DNA of 64,000 nucleotides, taken from the NCBI GenBank assembly GCA_003344405.1, contig NOWV01000017.1:124001-188000 (forward strand). Reading direction: 5' to 3'. Each line of letters opens with the position of its first letter. Position 1 is the first letter of the stretch. This DNA is from Trichoplax sp. H2. Taxonomy: Eukaryota. Under the pieces are notes generated by a model, which did not search any database, was not told where the DNA came from, and saw nothing but the letters and a program-made list of their open reading frames with translations. Both the position numbers and the translations under genes were made by a program. Shown one piece after another: positions 1 through 26,223 of the stretch.

Positions 1-70
1 CATGATCATTACAGAATTCAATTTTGACAGATGCCAAACATTACAAAAGAAAGTTGCAATAATTAAATAC

Positions 71-11907
<11,837 letters not shown>

Positions 11908-14900
11908 GATGGCTTTAATTCTTGATTTACGTAATAAAAATTAAAATTTTTATCCTGTAGACCAAAAATATCAATCTTGGGAGAGAAAAGCAAAGTACGT
12001 TGTTTGCAGACGCGAGATGTCGACTAGACGGTCGAGTAGGGCTAATATTTGCATATACCCCATGCAACAATAAAAATGGGTGTGCTATCACGTCCCGGGT
12101 GTCGACTTGAGAAGAAAAATCCTCTCAAACAAAAGATGTTGTTGCTTTCTTGTTAATAATATAATGCATAAGATTTTATGTTAAGGGCTAAAAGCCAATA
12201 ACTCCGGTATACTGTACTGTAGTGCAGTCTGTATGTGCCATGTGATCCTGACTATCATGACGGATTATTTAATACCAGTTGATACTATTCTCTATTTTGT
12301 CTGTTTTAGATAACGCTTCCGCATCGATCTTATCTATCATTTATCTAACTAACCCCTGCAGGCATTGTTTTATCTATTGTTTCAAATTGTCTGACTTGAT
12401 CAAAGGCATGTTAATCTTGATTGTTAAGAATGACAGGGCTGGCAATCAATCAATACCGCCAAATTGTTTATCAATCTGGCAATCGATGATTACTTGATTA
12501 CCCTCAACGGCTCAACCATTTGAATCAATGAATGATGATGGATGGCCTAATGGGTACAGTAGTTAACTTGCTATGTAAAGCTGCCGTCTATTAGTACACT
12601 AGAACAATTCTACATCCTTGGCTCCAACGCGTTGGAAAGAATCAATGAATAGATTAAAATAAAGAAGATGAATAACAATATCTACATCATGCCGTACAAT
12701 ATGTTGTTACTTGCTACTTGCAAACTGCTGATAGAAAGAGTTCGTCTTATTATTATTTATTTAATATTAGCCTTTGGCAGAAAGTTAGGTTCATGACGCT
12801 ACTCCAATGAATAGCAAAATTCCCTACACTAATAATGCTTTTAACCTCAATAACTCGCTAATCCATTGCTATTAATTAATTGCCAATGTCCTATAAATGG
12901 ACTTGGATAAAGGGTTAATTAACATAATATGGCGCAAATTTGCATTCAATTGGTAAAGTAAAATACTACTGTATATCCTCGTTCGAATGGATATGGTATA
13001 CAAGCTTTCACAATGTTTATCAAACTGTCAATGTAAATAATCATAGAAAGATTTCAAGTTATCCTCGCAGTTTTCACTTGGTAATGAGAATTGACAATAA
13101 TTTATTAACTCTACAGTATACTAGTCTATAGTCTCGATAATATAAATTCGCCGAAGGATCCCATTACTGATGTGAATTTTCGTTTACACGAGTACGCGTA
13201 AAATGGCATCCCAGTCGATTACCGGGAATGAGTGCAGACTGCAAAGCGGTTGGTACAGATCAGACAGTTTTGCATTTTTTAATTATCAACATGATTCCTC
13301 AGCAAGATCGTCAACTTCACCCTACATATTCAACAATTTACTAACAGTAAATAGGTTATAAGTTTGGTCAGTACCAACAGTAAACATGCCATAAGTTATA
13401 AAGTGATCAATATTACATGTGTTCTACTATCACTCATGACGCGGAATAAATAAACAAAATTAAAATCGACCGAACGTTGCAAAAGGTATCGACAGAATTG
13501 CAGCAAGTTATTCCCGCGTTTAATCTAAATAGCATTCATCTACTGTCGATTCCAATTACAATAATGCGCACGTAAAAATAGACTATGTTCGAAAAGAATA
13601 ATGTTGTATCGCGGTTACTATTTCGATTGTCCAAGGTAGCCAATAAATATAAGTAATATACTTGTCCTTGATGTATATTACTTCAGGCCTAGAATGGTTG
13701 TATCAAGTAAGTGTATAATGTGTATATGTATATAAAACATTACCGATAGTTAGTTCAATAAGCAAGGCAACAGCTTGCTACTTGCTAGTACAATAATACT
13801 CTGCAAATTTAATTATCAAGGTTGATTCAAGCAGTTCAGTTCGATGTACTGGCTAATCAATGATGAAGCATCCAATAATTTATCTACTTTCTGTTACCCC
13901 ACAATCGGCAGAGTATTATTAACTCAAACTAGCTATTAAACTATTCCCTAAAACTTTCAATAGGTAAACCAGGTAAAGAATCTATTAGCCTATTATTATA
14001 TTTTCTCTTTAGCATAAAACAAAATTAAAATCCCGCCACCCCTTAGGATTTGATGATCCCTTTGTCATCTTATCCTGCTCTTACTTCAATTCGTAAACTA
14101 ATAAACAATAACGTGGACACCCTATTGTTAATTTCATGTTTTCGGTGGTTTCTAAGGGTTCAGCATTTTACAAAGATTAATCCCAAGCTATTGCAGTACA
14201 TTAAGTGAATAACCTCATCTTGATAGGTCGTATTATATTCATATATCGTAAATTTCGAAGTAGGGAAAGTAGTAACGATGCTTTTTTTTAAACTAAATTA
14301 CAGGCAGTCATAAAAACTAATAAAGAGTGTTACCCTTATAACTGCAGGTAGCTCTGCGGGATGATAAATCTTTGTTAATTTGAGAATAATTTTATACATC
14401 ATTGGATAAATAGGGTAAGACATTAATTAATTATTTAATTAAAATTGTCAAGGCTAATAATATAAATCCAATACACGGTAACTAACAAAATTATCAATTA
14501 TTACAATCTTTTACTCAACACTACTTGATATTGCTCGTAAACTTAGATAATAACGGTCCAGTTTAAATTAGCACTTATGAAAACGTAGAATCGCTATTTA
14601 ATTTTTTGTTAGATTAACCACTCATGGAATGTAAATATCAGCTAATACAGAAAGCAAACTTGAAAGGCCTACATTTTAAATATTTAACAAAGTAATCTTC
14701 ACCTCAGCACTCCATGATAAAGTTCTCACTTAAGAATCGATTTCCAATACAATATTAGAAAACATTAGCGTAGCACAGTATAGTATGTAGATGGCTGTAT
14801 GATTGCCAAGTTATCATTATTATCTTATTGATGTTGATTTATGAAATATCTTCTACATCCCTACAGTTCACACATAAGTTTATCATACGTATATAAATAT

Positions 14901-17900
14901 TTGCTAACCCAGTCATTCCGACATTCTTACATTATTGGTAATTAATACAATGGATGCATGCCCTGTAAATCACATCCTAAATGTGGTACTCTCAAACTAC
15001 TGTAATTATAATTCATCGAAAAGTAGAAGAGTACAGTACCTCCATTGCAATCTGTTTTAGTTCTATAACTCTTGTACTTCATGCTAAAGCAATCAGTACC
15101 GATAATTTTTGATTTGATAATTAACTTTACTTAATGATAATACTGGGTTCAATTTTTAGTAATACTCGTAGCTATTTATTTTATTGTCATGCCGATAGAA
15201 ATAAAAAAACAATGTTCGCAAACGGTTAATATGAAGAAAAGCTACTAAACATTATCTCCGCTTGCCGTAATTCAATTTATATTTTAAGTAATTCATAAAA
15301 GTGCTAATACATATAATGTAATCTAAGCAAAAGTAAAATTCTGAACATTCTCCCAATGCAAATTGTACAATACGAGTTCTACTACATCCATATAAGTGAA
15401 TAGTAGCTATTTTAGATATAATTTACTGGATGCTGAAATATCAACATTTCAAAATAGTTGCAGATGAAACCTAACAACGCAACACCAAGTCAGGGCTAAC
15501 ATATTATGATACGTCTAATTTCCACATTAACCCCTACTCACAGTTAATGGATAACAAAACTACGCTAGCTATCATATATTCCTTAAAACAAGATTATCTA
15601 TTAAACAATAAAACTGAGCTTACATTAAATAGAGAAATGATATCGTGTGGAGCAGCATTATGCTATCTAAATCCTAGTTCTTAGAATGATAACAAAACGT
15701 AGATCATGATTGTCGTACCACTCCGTACTAAGCACTTACATAATCTATCGTATAAATAGAGAGAAACACCAAGTTAATGTTGGATGCTTTACCCTCGTTC
15801 TTTCCTAAATAATCGCCTATCACCATTGTAGGAGTATCTATACATTGAGAGGATCATATGACATTAACGTGATCGCTGAGAGGAAAATTATAAGAGCGAT
15901 AATAATCTACAACTTTACTCTGGGGGATTCAACTACCTCTCGTGAAACGAATAGAAGTTTATACAAAATCTATGGCCTCATTGTAGACTAGCTATAAGAC
16001 CACTAAAAAATTTCTGTAGATAATTTCAACACATCGGAAAGCGTTTGACCATAATCAATTAAATTAATTTGATAATAAATTGAATCCTTTCAGAATTTAT
16101 ACCTACAGTATATACCACGATTCTAATTTCATGTTGATCAATTTAATTTTACCACCTTCATAATCATCGTGATCAAATCTTTATCCCAAACCTGTCACTA
16201 ATGCTACTGTAATCTAAGCATTTAAATGCATACATGAAATCTACTTAGTACACTGTTGAATAAGATAATAATTAGACTATCAGTATTCTAATCAATATAC
16301 ATTTTAGCTTATAATGACTGTAGGGAACAAATTGACTAATACACATAAACTAAACAAAAGAGTAAAATAAAGAATCAATCTGCCGGCTTTTCAAAACAAG
16401 CTTAAAAACAACGCAGAGTACCATCTGTACCACGAATATCAACAATTGATTTGTCCGTAGTGGGTTAACCACACCTTTATCTGCTATTTCTTTTAATAGT
16501 CATATTACAAAAATTTGTTTCGCTCCAATGGCACCGTCTGTATTGACATTTCAAATTAACAATTGTTAATTTATTAAAATGGCAATTGAATGAAAGAAAC
16601 GAATAAACCAATAACTAATGTAATCATGCAAATCATCAACATCCAAGACGTGCCGATTACGCGCTTATACGTCGTTTGATAAACGTCATCAACGTTTACT
16701 GATACATAAGTAACATATTCTCATCTAATGCAATCGATATAAATTTCTTCTTATTAACTTTCTATCAGTTAATTGAATAAATCCGTAAGTTACACTGGAA
16801 TCTCTGAGATACGAGTATTATAATCGATCGAAAAAAGACAAAAAGTTCATTCTGAATTTTATCCTAAACAGGTTGGCGATTATTTGTTCTTTGCAATAAA
16901 CGACATTGGCAATAAAAACTCTTTCGATATATTATAGTTATGTTACCGTAATGGTTAGAACGCTGTCCAAAATCATATGTATTAAACAATTAAATCATGA
17001 ATTATGCATAAGATCACTTACGAGGAATGCAAAGTAAAAACTAGTTTCTATAATAATTGTAAGTTTTATTTTCTAGTCGTAAACATAAAGCGGCGCCGAT
17101 ACTATCATACTTTCATTAATTTAAAGACGGAGAACCTATAATTATCTTTATTTTACCCTTAATGAACCATCAGTGATGACCGCAGCGTAAATAAGCTTTT
17201 CCAAATTTAATACAGTACAGTCATGGATGATTATTCTGACATGTTTAACTTACAACATCAATTTCATTTTTAAACAATGATTTCAATGAATAATGCATCG
17301 ACATGCTTTTAGTAAAAATTCCTCACTGCTTTAAATTGTAATCAATATATATAGTATTACGGCACTATACTAATTCTTAACAAAGTACTAGAGATAATTT
17401 TATTTCATTCTTAGACTTTAAAGTTATCTCTAAGGATAGGCGAATATAGTTTACATGCATAATGTACCATGTAGTATAACGTCGATATCACTTTAATTCT
17501 CTCCAAAATAAACCCTTTATTAATGATGAATTACGAAAGAAAGATGTAGCTATCATATCATCAACATTTGTATAGATTGATAAATAATTATAAATATTAC
17601 TCTTAATTAACTTGAATAACCTTAGCATAAACACACGACTCATCTATATAATTTCCATACTTATTTTAATGATATCTTAATGATGGCTGGCTGTCGGTCA
17701 GAAGTTACATTTTTATACTACTAGATGTAATAATTGATATTTTTACTTGTAGATTTATCAGTAGCAACTTGATTTTATAGTTTCTATTATGCTCTTATGA
17801 CTACTGGTGTAGCAATTCTATTCTTTCGATATTGTTACAAATTAAATTTGAAATGATTATATAATCTAATGTTTTACTTAGATTATTTGTGACTATCCTA

Positions 17901-19747
17901 GTGCTATTCTTTAATATAGATCATAGTTTGCAGTAACTTATATACAATCTGGATTAACTGACTAAGACACAGTAGAAGGAGTATTAATGCTTACATTTTA
18001 GTTGCAGTACTGAATACTATCGATTTCTCTCGAAAGGGCAAGAAAAAATGTTTTCGAGTTATCTCTGTCGTATACATACTTTAATCATGGTACACAAGCA
18101 GCACACTATTTGCATATATGCCATAATCTATATTAAAGAAATACCGGATCAACATCTAATAAGATTTCTATATCATAGTCATTCCACGAATATCAATTTG
18201 TTTTGTTTGTTTTCTATTCTCTGTTACCGAATTTTACACATAGTTGTTAATCTGTAATTATACGCTAGTGAACTATTTTTTAGAACTTTTAGAACATGCA
18301 TACTAATACATATGCACTTCATACGATATCGGTATCATCTCTACGTTAAAGTATACAATTTGGAGTTTACTTTAGGTATTTGATTAGAGATTCAAGCTGC
18401 CTAGTCCTATAATTTATATAATGAAGATAATCGATACTATTCTACTATATGTGTTAGAAAACTAAACTAGTTTTAATATTTAAGCTGCGTATCATGTAAT
18501 ACGAGTAGAACGCAAAATTTCAAAATAAAAGGCTATCGCTATTGTACATCGATATTAACCACTTTTACCTGCACAAGAATTTATGCAGTACCTATTAGTT
18601 GTCTATTTATACATACAGCTTGATAGAATTACATTGATGGTTCCCTTTCAATTTATGAATTTATTAAAAGCATAAGCTATGTAACCGTATACATCCTACT
18701 CAATATAGGTGCTTCCGTGTTTAAATAAAGTGCATGCATTGTCTGCTGATCAACTCATTGTAAGTGTGTATAACAGTTGTTTATATGTATTGGTGTAGTG
18801 CTAGGGTTTTACAACCCCTTAGGTTCGCAATCGTTTAACTCAAAATCTGAGTTATTAAAATTGAGTAAATCTCTAACGTAACATAAGACCATTATACACA
18901 CATAGTACGAATAGTATAAGTTCACTGTTTAATCATCAGCAATCATGAAATTACCTTATAAGCATAGTAGACTATTCTACTTCTTAATACTACCGTACTT
19001 CAATTATTACTGTAATTAGCTAAAACTACTACAATTGGATTGAAAATGTGATAGAATATGAAAGCGAGGAAGATTGTGCCATTATAAAACTATCTTTGCT
19101 CAATGTTACTATAATAGCGAAAAATTTATAATAATAACTATAATAATTAAAAGAGCTCAAAGACGATAAGTGACTCATTAAAGTACTGATCTATTCGATG
19201 GCAGAATGGGCAATATCAAAAAGCGCAATCTTTTCAGGTTATTGCACAATATTCAATTGGAAACTTTTTACAGGCTGGTTGTTTATACCGTTTATAATAA
19301 AGAAGACAGGAATATAATATAGTATACCCTGTTGCATAGTTTAATAAACGTGTATTCCCTTCTTCTAACTTCACTATTTAACGCGCATAGTCATGTACTC
19401 CTACAATGGCTATTGAAGAAGCTATCTAGTTCATCAATAGCAACCCTAGAGTAAGCAGAGTTGCATCTTACTGGCGATTCTTCTTTTATTGATGTACTTG
19501 ACAGTAGCGACAGAATACATGGGCAATGTTACACTAAGATATTGGACAAGGCTCGAGGAAGCATCGCATTGTATAGTAGTTAAGCACGCATACGTTGATC
19601 ATTATATTATTTGCGATATTAGCCTTCAGCATTTCCTGTCCTAACATATTGTTGGTACAGTATCCGTACCATCGCAATCGATTTCAAAACCTTACACAAC
19701 GCCTTCGTTAACCAAAATTTAAATTTCAAAAAATCAGGATCAAACTC

Positions 19748-20111
19748 CGTTCTATTCTCCATTTTTTTCCCCACATTTTGTTTTTAGCATGGCATTTGGC
19801 AAAGATCTGTGAAGTTGTATTGCAATTCCAGTAGCATATATTCAATATCTAGTCGGATCACTACAAGTCCATATCTGACATCAGTAACTAACGAGAGCGA
19901 TTCTCTATGACCTCTTTCGCCGGCTATTCATTACCGGTCTATTCCCTAAATTTTCTCCGCATTTTGTTTGGCAAAGATCTGTGAAGTTGTATTGCAATTC
20001 CAGTAGCATATCCGATATCCCTGATGTCTAGTCGGATCACTACAAGTCCATGTCTGATTTCAGTAACTAATTGATAGTCATTACTGTACGACCCTCTTTC
20101 ACTGGCTATTC
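19748..20111. repeat. Direct tandem duplication, 2 copies of ~180 bp
   Basis: The blocks TTTGGCAAAGATCTGTGAAGTTGTATTGCAATTCCAGTAGCATAT and CTAGTCGGATCACTACAAGTCCAT each occur twice, near 19795 and near 19967. Confidence 0.9.
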
Positions 20112-20640
20112 CTATCCTCTACAAGTATACAGTACACTCCACTGTCCACCATTGTCGTCCAAAGAGACGCTTTCAGTGGTAGCATGTGTTATGTATATAT
20201 AAGAATACAATAACCTGTTGTACTGCACCCCTAATATGTTGTAACAGATAAGTTAGTAAATGCAGTAAATCCTAAATAAAAAGTGATTTCTAGTAAGCCT
20301 ACTAGGTGAAGTATATCAAAGTCCCTCGTGCCAACATGAACAACTAAGCGTGGAAACACAACGGCATGGACTAGAATAACTTGTCAAGTGATAAGCCTGT
20401 AAACATTTTTAGGCCACTGAACGCTCATTTGACGACATTCTCTAACCAAATCTTTGTCAGGTCTAGTATCGACCATTACTATTCAGCATTTTGAGAGCAT
20501 TTTTCTATTTTCTATCTCTACAAGCTTGGTCTATGGCCATTGGCCATATGTTGCGCTACAATAGACAATCACACCTGACCATCATTGTTGGCTCAACATT
20601 AAACAGCTTTCCGCGTCCCCCCTACTCTTCTAGCTGGCGA

Positions 20641-20745
20641 TCTACAGTACAGTGTACAGTACAGTACACCACTGACTCTTGACGACTGTACACTGTAGAG
20701 TACTGTACTGTACTGTATTTAGCCTAGGGCGACGCGCAGGCGTAA
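20641..20745. promoter_or_regulatory. Putative promoter element upstream of the dynein IC gene: inverted (CAGTA)n/(TACTG)n cluster plus an NRF1-like GCGCAGGCG
   Basis: TCTACAGTACAGTGTACAGTACAGTACAC...ACTGTACACTGTAGAGTACTGTACTGTACTGTATTTAG followed by GACGCGCAGGCG. It lies in a locally GC-richer stretch about 750-850 bp 5' of the ATG. Function is inferred from position only. Confidence 0.45.
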
Positions 20746-21489
20746 AAAGTCTGCAGTACAACTGCTCAATACATAGTACGGTGGCAGTAGAATACACTGT
20801 GTAAGCGGAAACAGAGTTCTATTCTACCAGGCCGTACTGGCCCTGTCTATGCCTACAGTATACCAATGTCGTACTGTGAGTGTTTGCAAGTGAAAAAGAT
20901 GGTTGGGACCAAAGACATGACGATCTAGCCCATCATGGCTAGTATGGATTGACAGACTGATTACGGTACACAGAGAAATGAGATTTTTATCTCTCGATGG
21001 GTAAAAGAAACTTTAATCAAGGAAAATAAGCGAGAGAAACACACTCAAAAACGGCCAACAACCAACTCGTCCAACCTGAATCGTTTTCTAGCACACGGAT
21101 CGGATTGATAGACAGACAGATCGCTAAGGTGAATCGTAAAGTGTGCCAACTGTATAGTGTACACTGTCCATGGGCTAGTGGCGTGTTGTAGGATACAGTA
21201 TGGATGTTATAGACAGCTATAGTATTGAGTATGAAAAAGCAACAACGAGGCCCGGGGCATTTCGCACCCCCCCCAAGGAGACGGACTAGCGTCCAGCTAA
21301 TAGTAGCGTTAATCGACTGTTTGATGACAGACTCAACTGGCTATAGTGTATCAATTGGATCCCATCCAGTTGCCGGCGCTTGGAGACCAGTATTGGAGAA
21401 TTGGGGGAAGACGTACAGTATAGAAGCTGTTGCTGGAGGCCCCCCCCCTCCTATTCGTGCCTGTGTCAAACCTATACACCAGTGATAAA

Positions 21490-24400
21490 ATGTCGGACAG
21501 ACGAGCCGAGTTGGAAAGAAAACGAAAACGCCTAGAAGAGATACGTAAAGCTCGTGAAGAGAAAGCAAAATTAAAAACTGAGGTAACTGGATAAAGATTA
21601 AGATGATGATTGAGTAGAAATATTGAATTGCTATCATCAGTATGGCAAGATTGGCTGTGCAAACGTTAGGAAAATGCTTGGTGACGCTGATGTGAGCGAT
21701 ATGGCGGATCGTATCCAATTGGAGTATTTCTCTTACTCATTGGTTAAAATCAATGATAGGACAAGCAGCTGGATTTTATTCCAGCAAGGATATCAGATTG
21801 ACCACTTTTACTAGCGACTCTTGTGTACCATTTGAATATCAGTTCTCTTGTATAGAAATGGACCACAAATAGCTCAACTCCAATCATCCATAGACAACTT
21901 CTACTTGTGAAATTCCCATATGTGTGTGTGTGTGTGTGTGTGTAAATTGTATACGACTTGCAAGTAAAATCTTTGATCATGATTGTGATAATATTTGCAT
22001 GCCAACATGAATCATTCATGATATCCTAGAAAATTGCAATACCGTCGGAGAGTATCGTATCGATCGTCATCAAAGAAGAACCTGTTGGTCAAGGTTGATG
22101 TAGACGTGTATGGCGAAGGAAAGCGGCTTCACTGATACATCAACGCCTCATCGAGTGCTATATTAACCTACCATTGTTAACGATCGATGCAATTATGGAA
22201 TGCGCTTTATCCATTTTCTTAAATCTCCATTCAATTCGGTCTATAGTAGTGCTTAACACCAGAATAAAAACTTAACATGTCAAGATACGTCGACCGATTC
22301 GTGACAACCGATAGTATACCATAAACTACGATACTATAAAAATCAGTAAAACACAAATCTGTAATGGTGATTGCTCCACCAATGAATTATTAACTATCAA
22401 ACACTGCCAAAAAACAACTGCTGAAGTATCTCTCGCTTTGGCTTATTCTAGCGTAAACATCGATAAGATGAATAACTGTCGTTATCGGCTAATTTGACAG
22501 TTTTATTGATGCATTGATTAATACTATTGCAGTAGCAACTAATCTACGTAAATATTAGTCAAATTGTCTTACTTTATTTTTGATATTATTCTGGCCCTTT
22601 AGAAAAGCTCGACGACCGAATCCAAGCCTGTAACAGCAACAACTGATAATGGAACAAACGATAGCCAAGATGGTGATAATAAATTACAACGTGTCAGTAG
22701 CGATTTAGAGAAGAAAAGACTGGATACCGACAATCTCTTAAAGGGTATCGATGAGGAATTAGTTAAACGTAAGTATCATGCTTTATACTAGGAACAACTA
22801 CCTACCTACCCCGCCTACATACATTATACTGTATATGAAATCGAACAATTTAACCTGAAATATCCTTCTCTTTCTAATCCTATGATTTATATCTTCTCTC
22901 CTATAGCGGCTTCCACTGCTCGAATTAGGTTAGCTATTAGAATAGGATGAGAGTTGTAATGATTCACCTGCTGCTATTGCTGTCTTCTAATTCTAAATAG
23001 TTACGATAAATATCATCATTGCTCTATTCAACGTTATAACATGCAGCTATTTGATTCTCTCTCTCTTCTTAAAACTGATAGAAAAGTATTACGGAAAGAT
23101 TTGAAACTTGGAATATCCCAAGTGTCTACGACCAGCCTAGCACCAAAGGTCGGTAATTTAGCCAATCTACGATACTAGTGTCAATAATATCAACATTTAT
23201 AACTATTTTTCAAGCATGTTATTTCTACAAATTATATTATTCTTAGGAAGTTGTAGCGTATAGCAAAGAAACTCAAACGCCAGTGCCTGAACCATCAGGT
23301 TGATAGAAGAAACAACCCAAGAATGAACTTTCGACATGAATACTCACATGTTCTACTATGTTTTGCCTAGATGATGAAGAAGCCAACCAAGTAGAGACTG
23401 ATAATAAATCCAAAGAAAATGCTGATAATAATGAAGAGGAGGACAATAAAGAAATTGAAGATGAAGGTATCTCCCATAATCATTTACCGAAAATATTCGA
23501 TGAAACAAAAGTTAATGTAGAGTTAATACTCAAACAACTATATTAGATATACCTCCTAAACTTCCTGAATTATCAGAAGAAGAAAAGAAGCTTATTCTTA
23601 ATTCTCAAGATTTTACAAAGTTTTTCCTTCGAGCAACTACTATCGTAGAACGAGCAATTACTGAAGATGTTGATATATTTGTGGATTATACTGGAGGAGA
23701 TGATGAAGATAAAGAAGGGTATTCTAATTATATTAATTCTATAATAAACTTTTTTTTTCATTCACAATTATGCTTTCGTCGTTCTATTGAATAAGATTAT
23801 CTGCCAACTAGTTAAACTGTACCTATTTTTTATATAGAATGGCTTCTGATAGAGATCGAGTAACGTTGGGTCGGCAGTTTTTTGATGACCATTGGTCCAG
23901 ACATAGGACTGTTACTTGTATAGACTGGTCTCCAAATGTATGCATACGCTTACATCTTCGCTATATCATTGTACAACCTTTTTTAACATGGGATATTATA
24001 TAATTTTTGTGTCAGTTTTCTGAGCTAATTGCTGCCGCCTATAATCAAAATGAAGAAGCCCCTCATGAACCAGATGGCATAGTATTGGTATGGAATATGA
24101 AATTTGCTAAGAAAGAAACACCTGAGTTTATCTTTCGGTGCCAGGTAATAAATTTATCTCTTATAAAGACATAATCTGGGATGATGTATTATTCTTAGTA
24201 TTTACATTTCATCTGAACGATCCAATTGTAGTCTTCTGTCATGTCTGTCGCCTTTTCTCAATTCCATCCCAATATTGTTATTGGCGGTACTCACTCTGGT
24301 CAAGTGGTACTGTGGGATAGTAGAAGCTACAAGCGAACACCTGTCCAACGTACCCCATTATCTGCTGCTGCTCATACGGTATACCATTATAAAGATAAGA

Positions 24401-25797
24401 AATTAAATAACCACCTACCTAACTAAATGATTTTTTTCCAGCATCCTGTCTTTTGCATTGATGTCTTGGGAACTCAAAATGCTAATAACTTAATATCTAT
24501 ATGTAATGATGGTAAACTTTGTTCATGGAGCTTAGATATGCTATCACAACCTCAGGTAAAATATAAAAACATAATTTTTTTCCAATTTCACTCGGTCTTT
24601 ACACAACTAATGTCAAATCCCACTTCAGGATACAATGGAACTGCAATATAAACAAAAGGTCGTTCCTGTAAATTGTATGGCTTTCCCTACCAATGATGTC
24701 AATAATTTTATCGTTGGTAGTGAGGAGGGCACCGTATACTCTGGAAGTCGTCATGGAAAGTATGTTAAACAATCTAATTGACTCTATTAGATAAAAATTT
24801 AGACGTTTACTGAGATCTCTTTGTAATTACCGATATTCAGTAAAGCAGGAATCAACGAAGCTTTTGAAAGTCATCAAGCCCCGGTAGCAGCAATTAGTAC
24901 ACATCACGCTAATACTCAGGTTAGTAACTACTCAATGCACATACTTTAAAATAAATGCAACTTACAGTCTGTACAAGAAAGTTATCTCAGTGTCGTGTAA
25001 AACATTTATTTTAACTTAGGTTGACTTTACACATTTATTCCTAACGTCTTCGTTCGATTGGTCTGTTAAATTGTGGACACAAAAGGTAAAATCTATTTTT
25101 TTCTTTATTTAAATAGTTATCCCTTTCCATTTACCATACGTTTGCTAACATTGTATATACATTATATCGTGCAGGCGACAAGACCTTTACATTCGTTTGA
25201 AGGCTATAGTGATTACGTCTATGACGTTAAATGGTCCCCTATCCACCCAGCAGTATTTGCATCCGCAGATGGTTCTGGCCGATTGGACCTATGGAACATC
25301 AACAAGGATACTGAGGTTTTATTGAAATTGGATAAATTCACAATTTGTTAGTTATTATCAAATAATCACCAACAATAGCAAATACTATCTCTTTGCACTA
25401 TCGTTTAGGTGTCCAAATACAGTGAAGTAATTACAAACAATATCGCATTAAATTGCTTGAAATGGTCGCAATCAGGCAATCAGCTGGTTGCTGGAGACGC
25501 TGACGGCAAAGTATATGTATATAACGTCGGCGAGGTTGGTATAGTAAAAAATTTGATATTTTGTTGCACTAGAGTCAAATATTGCATGTATATTGGTACT
25601 ACTTCCCTGATTTGTATTAATTGTTGATGATTCTCTAACCGATATGTTATTACTGAATGCAGAACCTTGCATTGCCGTTACCGGACGAAAGCAGTCGATT
25701 GGCTGCGACAATACAAGAACTGCAAATAAATTCTGCCCTAGTATCCGATGGCCAGCAACAAAATCAACTCAATCTAAGAGGATCTTCTATTCGATAA
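21490..25797 (+). CDS. DYNC1I: Cytoplasmic dynein 1 intermediate chain (WD40)
   Basis: Exon 1 (21490-21582) [25 protein letters not shown] is the charged N-terminal helix. Further exons: 22603-22768, 22907-22928, 23082-23148 ([16 protein letters not shown]), 23247-23298 ([14 protein letters not shown]8-binding TQT), 23547-23718 ([21 protein letters not shown]). WD40 exons include [49 protein letters not shown] and [17 protein letters not shown]. The last exon starts at 25663 and ends with TAA at 25795-25797. Confidence 0.96.
21921..21942. repeat. (TG)11 microsatellite in the first coding intron of the dynein IC gene
   Basis: Read directly. Confidence 0.95.
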
Positions 25798-26223
25798 ATG
25801 TAGTTAATAAATATTTTATTATCTTACTTCTTTTCCTGGTACTGTATTATTTTTTCCTTCCCTGCAAAAACGCAGTAATATTGCTATATAATAAATATTA
25901 AAAGTTGATTAGCTTTTTATCACTACTTGCTATATGGATGTATACTGAAGTAGCTGAAAGTTGTTTCATGTTAAAATGGAGTGAGAATATACTCTACTGC
26001 TGACTGAGTGTTCAGAATGTTTAATCCAAACTTTGATTGCTAAATTATTGTAAACTTTTTATGTAGCAATGCAATATAGAAAAATTCGTTCTATTTAGCA
26101 AAATTACGTAATCTGTATAATCTGTCTTATTTTTGGTGTTAATTCCGATTTGCGTTATAAGTAAAATTCTTTGTTTTATTTAAATTATCATTTTCTTGTT
26201 ACTAGTACAGTAAGCATAATTTT

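Noticed and set aside
13203..13361. 52-aa + strand ORF with good start context (MASQSITGNECRLQSGWY...)
   Set aside because: It has no homology, signal peptide or supporting splice structure, and its length is within chance expectation.
12300..19700. Long interval searched for hidden genes, TEs or RNA genes
   Set aside because: Only short AT-rich ORFs without recognisable motifs were found. I could not support any feature by eye, although small spliced genes could have been missed.
21603..21690. Possible C/D snoRNA (ATGATGA...CTGA) in the dynein IC first coding intron
   Set aside because: There is no terminal stem, the C box is only about 20 nt from the donor site, and I could not verify an rRNA guide match. 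snoscan or Rfam would settle it.
21225..21718. Several 86-125-aa ORFs around the dynein IC start
   Set aside because: They are antisense or alternative-frame shadows of the GC-richer 5' region and exon 1. The true exon starts at ATG 21490 and is not in the ORF track.
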